Made by a program: the position numbers and the translations under genes. The notes under the pieces are model-generated. The model did not search any database. It was given only the letters and a program-made list of their open reading frames with translations, and had not been told where the DNA came from. A stretch of DNA of 55,917 nucleotides from a virus (lineage: Duplodnaviria > Caudoviricetes). The stretch covers positions 1 to 55,917 of the IMG/VR virus record IMGVR_UViG_3300037424_001329; one strand, given 5' to 3'. Each line of letters starts with the position of its first letter. Position 1 is the stretch's first letter. Below are positions 1-9,153 of this stretch, piece after piece.

Positions 1-2
1 GA

Positions 3-395
3 GGCTACCGTCCAGCCTATGACTATCTGGGAAAATGCTCCGGGTTTTGCATGGCGGGCTGGGCTGAAGCGGCACCGGCGGCGCGCGCGGCTTGCCTGCT
101 GAGCCTCCTCCACCAGATGACCATTTTAGATGGCCTGGCACCGGCGGAGGTCCATGAGGCATTCCTGGCGATCGACGAATACCGGGAGTTCTGCCGCGAA
201 TCGTGGCAAGAAAATGAAGCGGAGGCCGGCGCCCGCCGGAATCCCTTCGCCGATTTGAGATTTGCATACGGGGCAGACTTTGCGGAAAACATCTACGAGG
301 GGGGAGCGCCAGGTTACTACCGGCGTAGAAGCTCACAGGAAGGCGCTGGAGGCCCATCTGTCGAGGAAGGGGCCAACGGGCAAGGAAATGTGTGA
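3..395 (+). CDS. hypothetical protein, 5'-truncated by the window edge
   Basis: Frame is open from position 3 (GYRPAYDYLGKC...) into ORF 51..395; stop overlaps the next start. Confidence 0.55.
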   Translation, partial: GYRPAYDYLGKCSGFCMAGWAEAAPAARAACLLSLLHQMTILDGLAPAEVHEAFLAIDEYREFCRESWQENEAEAGARRNPFADLRFAYGADFAENIYEGGAPGYYRRRSSQEGAGGPSVEEGANGQGNV

Positions 396-963
396 GCCCA
401 CTCCTGAGCGCGCTATGCAGGCCAGGATGGCCGGTTCGAAGGTCAGGTGCACCCTCGTCGAGACGGACGGGATGGACGCTGGCCACCGGACCTGGCAGAT
501 CGTTCCCGTCATCGACTCACTCCGCCAGCGCGGAACCCTGAGCGCCGAGGAGTACGAGGCGGCTATGAGGTTCCTCAGCTACTGGCACATGAGTGCCTTC
601 CGCGGCCCGGCGACGGTGCGGTTCATGCCGAAATACGACGTGAGCATCAACGAGATGCTGCCCTCCGAGCGCACCGCCTACGCCAGGGAGCAGGTGCGCG
701 GCGCGATGCTCTCCGTCGACGGGCTGCTCCACCAGGCCATGGCCTGGCTGGTGCTGACCATGGCCGACCACCCTCCCTTGAGCAAGCTCGGCAGCTACTA
801 CGCCCCGCACATCAACGAAAAGGCGCAAGGGGCGGTAGGTGCCCAGATGGTCCGCCTCGCCTGCACATCGCTGTGCCGGCATTGGGGCATGAAACACAGA
901 TTGGTGGATAAAAAGCTGAAGACTCTTGCTGAAATTCTCTACGCCGGTACAGGTAGGTGCTGA
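388..963 (+). CDS. putative late transcription regulator (DUF6456-like, alphaproteobacterial prophage family)
   Basis: ATG at 388 after AAGGA; motif 'IDSLRQRGTLSAEEYEAAMRF...W' and C-terminal 'VRLACTSLCRHWG' resemble this family. Confidence 0.55.
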   Translation: MCEPTPERAMQARMAGSKVRCTLVETDGMDAGHRTWQIVPVIDSLRQRGTLSAEEYEAAMRFLSYWHMSAFRGPATVRFMPKYDVSINEMLPSERTAYAREQVRGAMLSVDGLLHQAMAWLVLTMADHPPLSKLGSYYAPHINEKAQGAVGAQMVRLACTSLCRHWGMKHRLVDKKLKTLAEILYAGTGRC

Positions 964-1220
964 AGACTGGCATCCGCGACCTCATCCTCCCGACACTCGA
1001 AGCCTGGGAGGCGGCCGGCGCGGATTCAGCCGCAGAACGGGAATATTTTATCGCCAGCGCCGAAGAGATCGCGCGGCATTCGGGGCGGGAGGCCGCATGG
1101 AAATGGACGAGGGCCTATCGGCAGGCATGGCACGATCGCAAGAGGGGCGTTCAGACGCCGTGGCCGGCGCACCCAGTGCTGGAGAGAATTCAAGAGGAGC
1201 AGAGGTGGCGTGTCTCGTAG
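957..1220 (+). CDS. hypothetical protein
   Basis: 87 aa ORF overlapping both neighbours in operon fashion. Confidence 0.6.
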   Translation: MLKTGIRDLILPTLEAWEAAGADSAAEREYFIASAEEIARHSGREAAWKWTRAYRQAWHDRKRGVQTPWPAHPVLERIQEEQRWRVS

Positions 1221-1522
1221 ACCGGCACAGCAGCTCCCGCCTAAGATATTCCTTCAGCGGGCACGAGCATCATGGGTATGGCGACGCCCTCTTCGAGGTC
1301 TGCAGAGACCGGACAGCAAGGCAAGGGGTCGTCTTCCAGATGGTGGAGGCCACCCTCTCTGGGGTCATGGTAAACAAGCCGTCTGAGGAATTTGGGACCC
1401 TGTACAAGTGGCTGATGCGCGGCCACAAACCGCTCATCCTGCGGCAATGGCGGAACCTTTCCGGAAAGTTATCCACAGATTTGGATGAAAATGCCGGTTC
1501 TGACGATGAATTAGACGCTTGA
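1205..1522 (+). CDS. hypothetical protein
   Basis: GTG at 1205 after GAGGAG, in frame with ORF 926..1522. Confidence 0.45.
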   Translation: MACLVDRHSSSRLRYSFSGHEHHGYGDALFEVCRDRTARQGVVFQMVEATLSGVMVNKPSEEFGTLYKWLMRGHKPLILRQWRNLSGKLSTDLDENAGSDDELDA

Positions 1523-1547
1523 CGGCGGTTAACCGCGAGTGTATGAA
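1519..1547 (+). promoter_or_regulatory. sigma70-like promoter with palindromic spacer
   Basis: TTGACG-N17-TATGAA; the spacer contains the perfect palindrome GCGGTTAACCGC (1525-1536). Confidence 0.45.
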
Positions 1548-1576
1548 TTTACTCACGCTGAGAATTGTGACCAGAG

Positions 1577-1909
1577 ATGCTCGACAAAAAAAATGGCGAG
1601 GTCCTAGAGGGCCTCGAACGCTTCCAATTCCAGGTCGAGCCCACCGGAAGATACCGGACCATGATGGTCTTCCACGAGGCCATGAAATCTGCGGTCGCTC
1701 AGTTCGAAAAAGCCGGCGCTCTGAAGTCGGTCCGCTCCCCCTCCTTCGCTGATGAAGATGTCCTCGTTCAGCATTATCCAGCTCCCCGGCTCACCGTCAT
1801 CATTTTCCACCGGAAAGTCGCTGGCAAGTCTCATTACGCCAAGACCACTTTCAACACGGACAAGGATGGCAACCCGCTCGAAAAAGCGGATGCCAGCAGG
1901 AGACACTGA
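1577..1909 (+). CDS. hypothetical protein
   Basis: 110 aa ORF with phage-like codon usage; TGATG coupling to the next gene. Confidence 0.65.
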   Translation: MLDKKNGEVLEGLERFQFQVEPTGRYRTMMVFHEAMKSAVAQFEKAGALKSVRSPSFADEDVLVQHYPAPRLTVIIFHRKVAGKSHYAKTTFNTDKDGNPLEKADASRRH

Positions 1910-2079
1910 TGGCTGCGAAGAAACCCTCCCCCAAGACTGACGCCAAAGAAGACAAGAAATACGTGACCAAGGCCGAGGTCGCGGCGATGATCAAGGCTTC
2001 TGAGAAGCGCGACCTCAAACTCGACAAAAAGTCAGAGACCGCGGAAGAGAAGAAAGAGTCGAAGAAGAAGAAATGCTAA
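1909..2079 (+). CDS. small Lys/Glu-rich protein (56 aa; not in the ORF track)
   Basis: MAAKKPSPKTDAKEDKKYVTKAEVAAMIKASEKRDLKLDKKSETAEEKKESKKKKC; AGGAG RBS and TGATG overlap. Confidence 0.65.
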   Translation: MAAKKPSPKTDAKEDKKYVTKAEVAAMIKASEKRDLKLDKKSETAEEKKESKKKKC

Positions 2080-2152
2080 ATTAGCATTTGGGCTTATTGT
2101 TATTTGTCAAGTCCTCCCGCCGGAACACGGTTGTGTATGAAGGATTCGACGA

Positions 2153-3229
2153 ATGGCAAGCGTAAAGTCATCGAATACAAACGACGTTAAGGTGTCCGTC
2201 TCCACAAGTGGAGAGGTGACTCCCCACCACAAGGCGGAGTTGCTGGTCGGTTCTGATGACGTCAGCGTCTCGAACCCCATTCCCGTATCAGTCGTCTCCG
2301 GCGCCGAGGCGCCTGTATCAGCCGTTTCCGGCGCGACGGCTGAAAGCCTCCTTGCCGACATCAAGCAAATCCTGAGCGAGTCCGCCCCCGCCAGCGAGCT
2401 GGCCGAGATCTCAGATGAGATCGCATCAGATACGGAGCTGACCCTCGGCCTGGTGCGGCGGGCAATCGGCACTGACGGGGCGTTGCGCAATTCCGACGCC
2501 CCAGCGCTCATCTCCGGCGCGGCCAGCGTCGCGAGCAGGGTGATCGTTGACGTCGACACCACTGGCTACCAGTCCATCTCCCTTCAGCTATTCGGCACCT
2601 GGGCCGGCACCGTTTCGTTCGTAGTCAGCAATGACCGCGCCACCTGGTACGCCATCTCAGGGTGGCCGTCGGCCGCAGCTCAGCTCCCTGTCGCGGCATC
2701 GACTACCAACGGTCTGTGGATATTTCCAGCCGTCGGCCGCTTTTTCCGGGCCTACATCTCAGCCTACACGTCTGGCACAGTTTCCGGCAGCGCGTACCTG
2801 CGCACGCAAGCCATGCCGCTGCCCTCCGTCCCCAGTGTCAACAATGCCCAGGTGGCCGGAACGGCCATGGTAACGGCGGGCGTCGCCGGCCTTCAGGCCA
2901 TCGGCGGCAACATTGCCGCAGGCGTGGCGCCAACCTCGAACCCGGTCCTCACTGGAGGCATCGACACCGCCGGAAAGACCCGGCGCCGGAGAGTCTCTCC
3001 TGATGGGGACGCCATCCACGCCGCCATAGACGCCCAAGGCACGGCGCGCGCAGTCCAGTCGACAGCATCTGGCGCCATCTCCATCACCGAACCTGGCGGC
3101 CTTCTGGAGGCAATTCTCCTGGAGGTGCAGAAGCAGACGATGCTGCTGTCATTGCTCCCCGCCGCCATAAACAGCGGTCAGGAGATCGACCTTACCTCGA
3201 CGTTTATCAACGATTCCATAATCAACTAG
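2153..3229 (+). CDS. putative virion structural/decoration protein
   Basis: Ala/Ser/Thr/Gly-rich; 'VSVSNPIPV' and the beta-sandwich-like 'LQLFGTWAGTVSFVVSNDRATW' are typical of phage virion proteins. Confidence 0.55.
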   Translation: MASVKSSNTNDVKVSVSTSGEVTPHHKAELLVGSDDVSVSNPIPVSVVSGAEAPVSAVSGATAESLLADIKQILSESAPASELAEISDEIASDTELTLGLVRRAIGTDGALRNSDAPALISGAASVASRVIVDVDTTGYQSISLQLFGTWAGTVSFVVSNDRATWYAISGWPSAAAQLPVAASTTNGLWIFPAVGRFFRAYISAYTSGTVSGSAYLRTQAMPLPSVPSVNNAQVAGTAMVTAGVAGLQAIGGNIAAGVAPTSNPVLTGGIDTAGKTRRRRVSPDGDAIHAAIDAQGTARAVQSTASGAISITEPGGLLEAILLEVQKQTMLLSLLPAAINSGQEIDLTSTFINDSIIN

Positions 3230-3241
3230 GAGGGACTAGCC

Positions 3242-3856
3242 GTGGATGTGAATGGATACGCCGGCCAGCAAGCAATCGCTGCCGGAACAAGGGGCAACCT
3301 TCGCCTGGACCAGCAAGGTGGCGTCGTCACCTCCATGCTGCATGGGCGCTATTACGAGCAAGCCCGGAACGGGAACGTCTTTTTTGCCGCCAACCAGGCG
3401 GCGACCGCGGTCTCTGTGGCTTTGGCTACCACCTATACCGGCCTGTGCCTGTCGAACCCGGCCGGTAACACGAAAAACCTGGTGCTGCTGAAAGTCAACT
3501 TTGCCCTGAGCGTTGCGCCGGCGGCGATCGCTCCCATCGGCCTTATCGGCGGGTATCTGTCTACGGGTATTGTCACGCACACCACAGCTCTGGCTGCGTC
3601 GTCCACCACGATCGGCACCGGACCGGCGGCCACCGCCAAAGCGGACGGTGCTGCGACACTGGTCGGAACCCCCATGTGGATTCATCCGATGCAGGGCGGC
3701 TTCACGGCGGCGGCATTGCCGTCAAGCGCCCCGGCGCTGCTCGACATGGAGGGGTCTATTATCATCCCTCCTGGGGCTTACGTGGCCATCGGCGCACTGA
3801 CGGCCGTTACGGGTTTCGGCGGGATGATTTGGGAAGAAGTGCCGATCATCAGCTAA
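3242..3856 (+). CDS. putative virion structural protein
   Basis: GGAGG RBS; small-residue beta-rich composition ('HGRYYEQARNGNVF...LSNPAGNTKNLVL'). Confidence 0.55.
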   Translation: MDVNGYAGQQAIAAGTRGNLRLDQQGGVVTSMLHGRYYEQARNGNVFFAANQAATAVSVALATTYTGLCLSNPAGNTKNLVLLKVNFALSVAPAAIAPIGLIGGYLSTGIVTHTTALAASSTTIGTGPAATAKADGAATLVGTPMWIHPMQGGFTAAALPSSAPALLDMEGSIIIPPGAYVAIGALTAVTGFGGMIWEEVPIIS

Positions 3857-3873
3857 ACCGCCTGCCTCAATAT

Positions 3874-3900
3874 CCGGCCCTGCGGTTCTCGCCGGGCCGG
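3874..3900. terminator. GC-rich hairpin between convergent genes
   Basis: CCGGCCC...GGGCCGG inverted repeat between the stops at 3856 and 3914; no clear U tract. Confidence 0.35.
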
Positions 3901-3913
3901 CGTCCAACGACGC

Positions 3914-4219
3914 TTAGTTCATCCGGTCTTTGCGAAGGTCGTCGATAACCTCAAGCATCCCCAACTCACGTGCCAGCATGCCAATATCCCGCCCAGTGCG
4001 GGCGAAGGCCGTGCGCGTCCCCGAGTTCAGGGTGTCGATCAGGCCGAGTATCTGCGCATCCGCTTTCCTCAGGTCTCGGGTCCTCTCTTCGACGAGTCTC
4101 AGAAGGGCAGCGATGGCCCGCCGCTGCCGGCGCTGCTCCAGCAGGAGGTGGCAGATGACCCCGGAGGCCCCCGACAGGAGTCCTCCGATGATGAGTTGGG
4201 CAGGTATATCCAGTTCCAT
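3914..4219 (-). CDS. membrane-anchored coiled-coil protein
   Basis: N-terminal hydrophobic helix followed by a charged helical region; ATG at 4219. Confidence 0.55.
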   Translation of the reverse strand: MELDIPAQLIIGGLLSGASGVICHLLLEQRRQRRAIAALLRLVEERTRDLRKADAQILGLIDTLNSGTRTAFARTGRDIGMLARELGMLEVIDDLRKDRMN

Positions 4220-4421
4220 CTTGGTTTCACCCCATCGTTGAGCTTGAAGTCTCAAAAGTATCTAACGGAATCTCGCCACTGTCCACAAGTAGATAGCGTC
4301 ATCCTACTGATTCGTCTATAAAATTTAAGCAAGCTATCCAGTAAGTATTTGTTAACGAATACTAAAAGTCTCGGAGTGAGATAGCAGCGCCCAGGGATTG
4401 GATGCCCCTGGGCGCCCTTGG

Positions 4422-5336
4422 TCAGGCCCGCCTACGGTGCCGCTGGCGGGACAGCTTGATCCAGCCGTCCTTCCGGACGATGGGGCTATCCAGCCGTTCG
4501 GCATCGGACCAGCGCTTCAGCCACAAGCCGAAGGTCGAGCGGGAGTATCCCAGCTCATCGGCCAGGGCATTCCCGGACTTCCGGGTCTGTCCGCCGCAGC
4601 CCTCCAGCAGCAAGGAAAGCCGCTGGAGGGCCACTCCTGAGTTCGGGAGCTGGATTACCGGGGCGGCCGGTTCCGTGGCTCCCTGGGCTTCCCTTGCCTC
4701 CGTAGGCCGGTCTCCCGGCTTCCAGGATGGGGAGAGCCCAATACCCAGGAAAATGCAGGCTCCGAATGGCACAGCGATGGGGATAAGCCACGGCAGCCAT
4801 AGCCGCACGGAGTCTTCGCTCACCCCGAGGATTTGTGCAATCCGTTTGTTCCCGCCATCCCCCGTTGCCGAGGCGGCGGCGGTTCCGGTTTTCACGAGGC
4901 CGAGGCGGGCCTCGGCGAGCTTTGCTTCCGCCCGCTTACAGGCGGTCGAGCCGTCCTTGACGCACTCGCGTTTCTGGATGCGCTCGGCGTCCTTCAGGAT
5001 TTGCCCGGAAAGCGCTTTACTCTCGGCGCCGGCATCATGGGCGGCCACCTTATCGTCAAGCCGGCCGCTGGTCCGCTCAAGAGCTGAGACCAGGGACACA
5101 ACGACGACGACCAGGAAGAATACCGACAGGGCCAGGGCTTTCGCCCGGTGCCCCGCCACCCACAGGTGCTCTGCGAACACCGGCGCCATCGCACCGGCAA
5201 AGGTCACCATCAAGGTGATGGCAACAGCTATCGGCCCGGCGGAGCTGAGGAGACCGGCGTTACTCGCCATCTCCACCCCCAGGAAACCGAAACCGATAAT
5301 GCTTGCAGGAATCTTAATCGCGTGGCTATAATGCAC
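4422..5336 (-). CDS. multi-pass membrane protein with C-terminal HTH-like domain
   Basis: About 4 hydrophobic segments, a coiled coil, then 'SGNALADELGYSRSTFGLWLKRW'; AAGGAGG upstream. Confidence 0.6.
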   Translation of the reverse strand: MHYSHAIKIPASIIGFGFLGVEMASNAGLLSSAGPIAVAITLMVTFAGAMAPVFAEHLWVAGHRAKALALSVFFLVVVVVSLVSALERTSGRLDDKVAAHDAGAESKALSGQILKDAERIQKRECVKDGSTACKRAEAKLAEARLGLVKTGTAAASATGDGGNKRIAQILGVSEDSVRLWLPWLIPIAVPFGACIFLGIGLSPSWKPGDRPTEAREAQGATEPAAPVIQLPNSGVALQRLSLLLEGCGGQTRKSGNALADELGYSRSTFGLWLKRWSDAERLDSPIVRKDGWIKLSRQRHRRRA

Positions 5337-5558
5337 GCCACAACCTCCTTATCCGAACGGCTGGTTGGACTGACCCCTGGCGCGCCTCGAAGCACGCTGG
5401 GGGTCTCTGTTTTGGGCCGCAGCCCAGTGCTGCACCGCTCGAACGGCGCAGGGCTTGATTGCGGCTATGCCCGATCCAATCCTCCAGATATACTGCGGAA
5501 GTGATTCGTTTTTCAAGTTGAGTTTGTTGCGTTCTCCCGCGTCAAACCGGAGTCACCC

Positions 5559-5843
5559 ATGTTCTTCCTCCCCTTTTCCATCCACCTGAAGAAACCAAAA
5601 CGGACGGAGTTCCAAATCCTCATGGCTACCCTCGCTGAAGTCCAGACGAGCCTGAACGGCCTCCACGATGCGATTACCGCGGAGATCGCCGATAAGAACG
5701 CCACGATTGCCGCGCGCGACGCGACCATCGTGGACCTGACGGCCCAGCTTGCAGCGGTCGGCACCCCCGCCGCGACCGCCGCCGATCTCGACACCCTCCA
5801 GACGACGGTGGCATCCCTCACGGCTCAGGCCGTAGCGGGCTGA
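5559..5843 (+). CDS. small coiled-coil protein
   Basis: Heptad-like Ala/Thr/Leu pattern; alternative start at 5622; hairpin follows at 5854-5879. Confidence 0.55.
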   Translation: MFFLPFSIHLKKPKRTEFQILMATLAEVQTSLNGLHDAITAEIADKNATIAARDATIVDLTAQLAAVGTPAATAADLDTLQTTVASLTAQAVAG

Positions 5844-6002
5844 CAAGCCGGAACTGCGCCGCTGGAAACGGCGGCGCAGGACGGGACGGTCAGGGCGCTA
5901 AGTCGAACTTCCGTTCCATCCACGCCCCAAGGCTAGGCGACGCCCTCCATATGACCATGTAGGCTTTGTGGCAAGCCTCTGAATATGCGTCGATAATCCA
6001 GA

Positions 6003-6221
6003 TCATTTCAGCTTCTCCTCGAAAAGTGCGCACACCTCGTCTTTGACCCCGGAGACATTGACGCGAGCTCGCAAAAGCGTTTCCGCATCATCGGCCGAGT
6101 ATCCTTCTGGGTCTAGGACCGCGATTTCGTGTAGGGAGCCCAACACGAAGATCTCGTGGTCGAAGCCGGCGGCCAGTGCCGCGTAGATGACTCGAAGCTT
6201 TGCCTTGTCGGCATCCGTCAT
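6003..6221 (-). CDS. hypothetical protein
   Basis: ATGA coupling with the recombinase gene; GGAGG RBS. Confidence 0.6.
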   Translation of the reverse strand: MTDADKAKLRVIYAALAAGFDHEIFVLGSLHEIAVLDPEGYSADDAETLLRARVNVSGVKDEVCALFEEKLK

Positions 6222-7039
6222 TTTTTTATCCTCCTTGCTCTCTGCCTGTATTTGAATTTGGGCCTGGACTTTGCCACAGCGCTCAGCTCTCTCTCGGCCT
6301 CAGCGCTCAAGACCGCATTGATCTCAGCGCGCGCCGGAGCCTTCGGTTCCACGCCGTATTTTTTTCGCAACAGCTGAAGCTGTTCGTTCACGATATTTTT
6401 GTTGATCGTGATTCCGTGCCGGTCGTAAAGCTCCCTCGCTATTTTTTGGCACCCCTTCTTTACCGTCCGGCCGTCCCGGTGCATGCGGATCAGCTCGGAT
6501 AGCATCAGCTGCTGGTCCGGATCGTGTTCCAGAATGCCACCGGCGCCAGGGCGCCAGCCGTAGGGCGGCTTCCCGCCCATGTATTTGTTCTCCGCCCGGC
6601 CGCGCGCCTTGCCTTCGGCGATGCGCTCCTTGATGCGGCTCAGCTCCATCTCGGCCAGGGCGGCCAGGATGCTCAGGATGAGCTTGGGGATCGGTTCGTT
6701 GCCGGTGACCAGGCCGCCAACGTCGATGATGTGGAGGTGGATACCCTTCTCCGCCAGCTCTCCGACGGTGTTCAGCGCATCCCTGGCAGACCGGAAGAAG
6801 CGGTCGAGCTTGGCGACGATCAAATGGTCTCCAGGCTCAAGCCTCTCCAGCATCTGGGCTGCCGCCGGGCGCTGGCTGGCCCTCATCGAGCCGGTCACGC
6901 CCTCGTCAGCCACGAACTCCGGGATTCCTAGCCCCTTCATTGCGGCGTACCCAGCGCACTGCTCGCGCTGGCTGATGATCGACCCGCCCTTGTCCGCCTG
7001 CGCGGCGGTACTGACTCGGCCGTAGGACCATATTTTCAT
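6218..7039 (-). CDS. serine recombinase (resolvase/invertase family)
   Basis: YGRVST catalytic Ser motif, 'DEGVTGS', 'RP', 'LIVAKLDRFFRS', 'AEMELSRIKER', 'GGKPPYGW'. Confidence 0.9.
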   Translation of the reverse strand: MKIWSYGRVSTAAQADKGGSIISQREQCAGYAAMKGLGIPEFVADEGVTGSMRASQRPAAAQMLERLEPGDHLIVAKLDRFFRSARDALNTVGELAEKGIHLHIIDVGGLVTGNEPIPKLILSILAALAEMELSRIKERIAEGKARGRAENKYMGGKPPYGWRPGAGGILEHDPDQQLMLSELIRMHRDGRTVKKGCQKIARELYDRHGITINKNIVNEQLQLLRKKYGVEPKAPARAEINAVLSAEAERELSAVAKSRPKFKYRQRARRIKK

Positions 7040-7082
7040 GGGGTCTCCTGTCTGCCGGGGCTTCCGCCCCGGCGTATACTGG

Positions 7083-7238
7083 TTATCGCGGGTACGGCGG
7101 CTTTTTGTTGTAAGCGTCGTCCTCGCGGATTTTCTGCCGCGCCCGCTCGCGTTTGCGAAATTCCTCCTCCTGCCTCCGGTGGGCCTCGCGCTCCTTGTCG
7201 CGCTGGGCCTGCTTACGCTGCTCGTCGTCGTTTCCCAT
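7083..7238 (-). CDS. small highly charged protein (51 aa; not in the ORF track)
   Basis: MGNDDEQRKQAQRDKEREAHRRQEEEFRKRERARQKIREDDAYNKKPPYPR with GGAGG RBS; followed by a GCCGGGGC-GGAA-GCCCCGGC hairpin. Confidence 0.55.
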   Translation of the reverse strand: MGNDDEQRKQAQRDKEREAHRRQEEEFRKRERARQKIREDDAYNKKPPYPR

Positions 7239-7303
7239 TTTCAGTCCTCCAGGATGCCCGAATCAGATAATCTGTCCGGGAATAAGAATAGGATATCAAA
7301 CAG

Positions 7304-7642
7304 ATGGCCGTCACACAGATCACCTTTGGACCCGTCACTGCCCAGACGAACCAGGGCACTGGAATCCCGTTGATGACCGGCGCCGGGCTGGTGAGCCAGC
7401 GCCTCACTCCGACGGCGGCCAGCCAGATGACCTCGATCAGCTCCCCCACGCCCGGAAACAGCCTGGCACGGGTGGCGACGGATACGGCGATCTGGGTGAA
7501 GTTCGACGTTGCCTCGCGAAACCCGCTGGCGAATCTGGACCATGGCGATAACCAGAACGGCCGCGTCATGGTGCCGGCCAATGAAACGGCCATGTTTCTG
7601 GTGGCGCCCGGTGTCGTCGCCGCCATTATGACGGCCTCTTAA
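7304..7642 (+). CDS. putative virion structural protein
   Basis: Beta-rich small-residue protein ('ARVATDTAIWVKF...MVPANETAMFLV'). Confidence 0.5.
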   Translation: MAVTQITFGPVTAQTNQGTGIPLMTGAGLVSQRLTPTAASQMTSISSPTPGNSLARVATDTAIWVKFDVASRNPLANLDHGDNQNGRVMVPANETAMFLVAPGVVAAIMTAS

Positions 7643-7645
7643 GCC

Positions 7646-8239
7646 ATGGCGGACAGCGGCTCTCAATCCAGCGGCGGGCGCAAGAGGCTGCCCGCCCCAG
7701 GCGGCAATGGGGTCACGAAAAAGCTCCAGGCCCGCATCGACATCGTGACCGGGGAGGATGCCACTTACCTCCCAGACGTGGGCCGCGTGATCTGCTCCAG
7801 GATTGCAAAAGGCGATGGCCTGCATGCGATATGCGAGGAATTCGGCATGCCGCCGGTCTCCACCGTGCGGATGTGGGCGCAGGACCAGGATCTTCCGTTC
7901 GGGGAGATGTTCCAGGCCGCCTGCGAAACAGCCCATAGCCGCTGGGGGGAGGAAATTCTCTCCCTCGCCGACGAGGCGGCGCCGAACAAGGACGATATCG
8001 CCAAGCGGAAAATGCAGATCGACGGACGAAAATGGCTGCTGGAAAAGCTCAACCCGCTTTACGCCCGGAGGAGCGAACTCACCGGGCGCGGCGGCGGCCC
8101 TATCGCCATCGTCACGCGGCAGATGACCGATATCGAATTGGCCCGCGAGATCGCCTTTATGCTGGAAAAGCCGGCGGGGTCCACCCACGCCCCCCTCGAT
8201 CTGAAGGCTGTGGACATCACGGACATCGAGGACAGCTAG
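7646..8239 (+). CDS. terS: terminase small subunit (Sf6 gp1-like)
   Basis: 'ICSRIAKGDGLHAICEEFGMPPVSTVRMW', 'EEILSLADE', 'KMQIDGRKWLLEKLNP', 'ELTGRGGGPI'. Confidence 0.85.
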   Translation: MADSGSQSSGGRKRLPAPGGNGVTKKLQARIDIVTGEDATYLPDVGRVICSRIAKGDGLHAICEEFGMPPVSTVRMWAQDQDLPFGEMFQAACETAHSRWGEEILSLADEAAPNKDDIAKRKMQIDGRKWLLEKLNPLYARRSELTGRGGGPIAIVTRQMTDIELAREIAFMLEKPAGSTHAPLDLKAVDITDIEDS

Positions 8240-8502
8240 GCGTCCACCTTGACGCCCTTTCTCGCCGCCAGCAGGAGCATGTACTCCCAATCCGTCAGCG
8301 CGCCCTTGCGGTTGTTGCAAAGCAGGCAGGCGGCCCTGATGTTACTGAGTCGCCGTGCCTTTTTGAACCGGCTCAAGGGCAGGGCATGATCCTGCGTCGC
8401 AGTGTTCGGAAGCCCCTCATCCAGAGTCATCCGGCCGCCGCAGAGGTAGCATCTGCCGTGCTGCTGACGGAACAATCGGATGGTGAAGGGGTTCCTGGCC
8501 AT
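8236..8502 (-). CDS. HNH endonuclease
   Basis: CYLC...TQDHALPLS...NIRAACLLCNNRKG zinc-HNH motif. Confidence 0.8.
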   Translation of the reverse strand: MARNPFTIRLFRQQHGRCYLCGGRMTLDEGLPNTATQDHALPLSRFKKARRLSNIRAACLLCNNRKGALTDWEYMLLLAARKGVKVDA

Positions 8503-8536
8503 GACCAGGCAAATAACTGATTCCGGCCCAAAAAGC

Positions 8537-8573
8537 AAAAGGCCGCAGGCCCCCTCGCGAGGAACCTGCGGCC
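8537..8573 (-). terminator. intrinsic terminator
   Basis: Minus strand GGCCGCAGG...CCTGCGGCC followed by TTTT. Confidence 0.55.
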
Positions 8574-8659
8574 CAGAGCGCGCGCCACACATGAAGGGAG
8601 TTCACACAGGGCAGCGCAATTCAATCTCCCTGTCTCATATGGGGGAATGGCGGCCAGAG

Positions 8660-8911
8660 TCAACCAGACGGGCAGGCCCGCCACGCATTGATGTCGAACT
8701 TGCCGCTCAGAAACTGGTAGGCCGTGTTCCACCCGCGGATCGCCGCGCAAATCCTCGGCAGTTCCTCTGGCCGGGCCTCAACGTCATCCACCCTCAGCGG
8801 CATTACCCGCTCGTGGCGCGCGGCGCGCCGCTCAAATTCATCCCAGCCAACGCGGAACGCTTCAAGCTCAAGGCGCCCATCCGGGTTCAAGGTACGCATA
8901 CGCTTCTCCAT
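8660..8911 (-). CDS. hypothetical protein
   Basis: 83 aa ORF followed by a terminator; competes with a + strand ORF. Confidence 0.45.
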   Translation of the reverse strand: MEKRMRTLNPDGRLELEAFRVGWDEFERRAARHERVMPLRVDDVEARPEELPRICAAIRGWNTAYQFLSGKFDINAWRACPSG

Positions 8912-9153
8912 GAAACTTTCAACTACCCCCGTTCCTTACCAGGGGCAGGCGGAAATCTGAACCTCCCCCCGGATTTATCCGTGGGGAGGTTCAGGCTACG
9001 CCGCGACATCCCGCTGCCCAACCTGCTTTACAGCGACATGGAAATTGGCCGTGTGCCGCCGGGCCGGGAGCTTATCGAGTTCCTTGGATCGCTTGGCCTA
9101 ATGGAGTTGCGCGGGCGGATCGCGCGTAGGATTGGATATCTGGAGGAAGCCGC

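Noticed and set aside
5844-6002. Possible tRNA or att site in the intergenic gap
   Set aside because: There is one hairpin but no cloverleaf or T-loop consensus; I recognised no tRNA or rRNA anywhere in the window.
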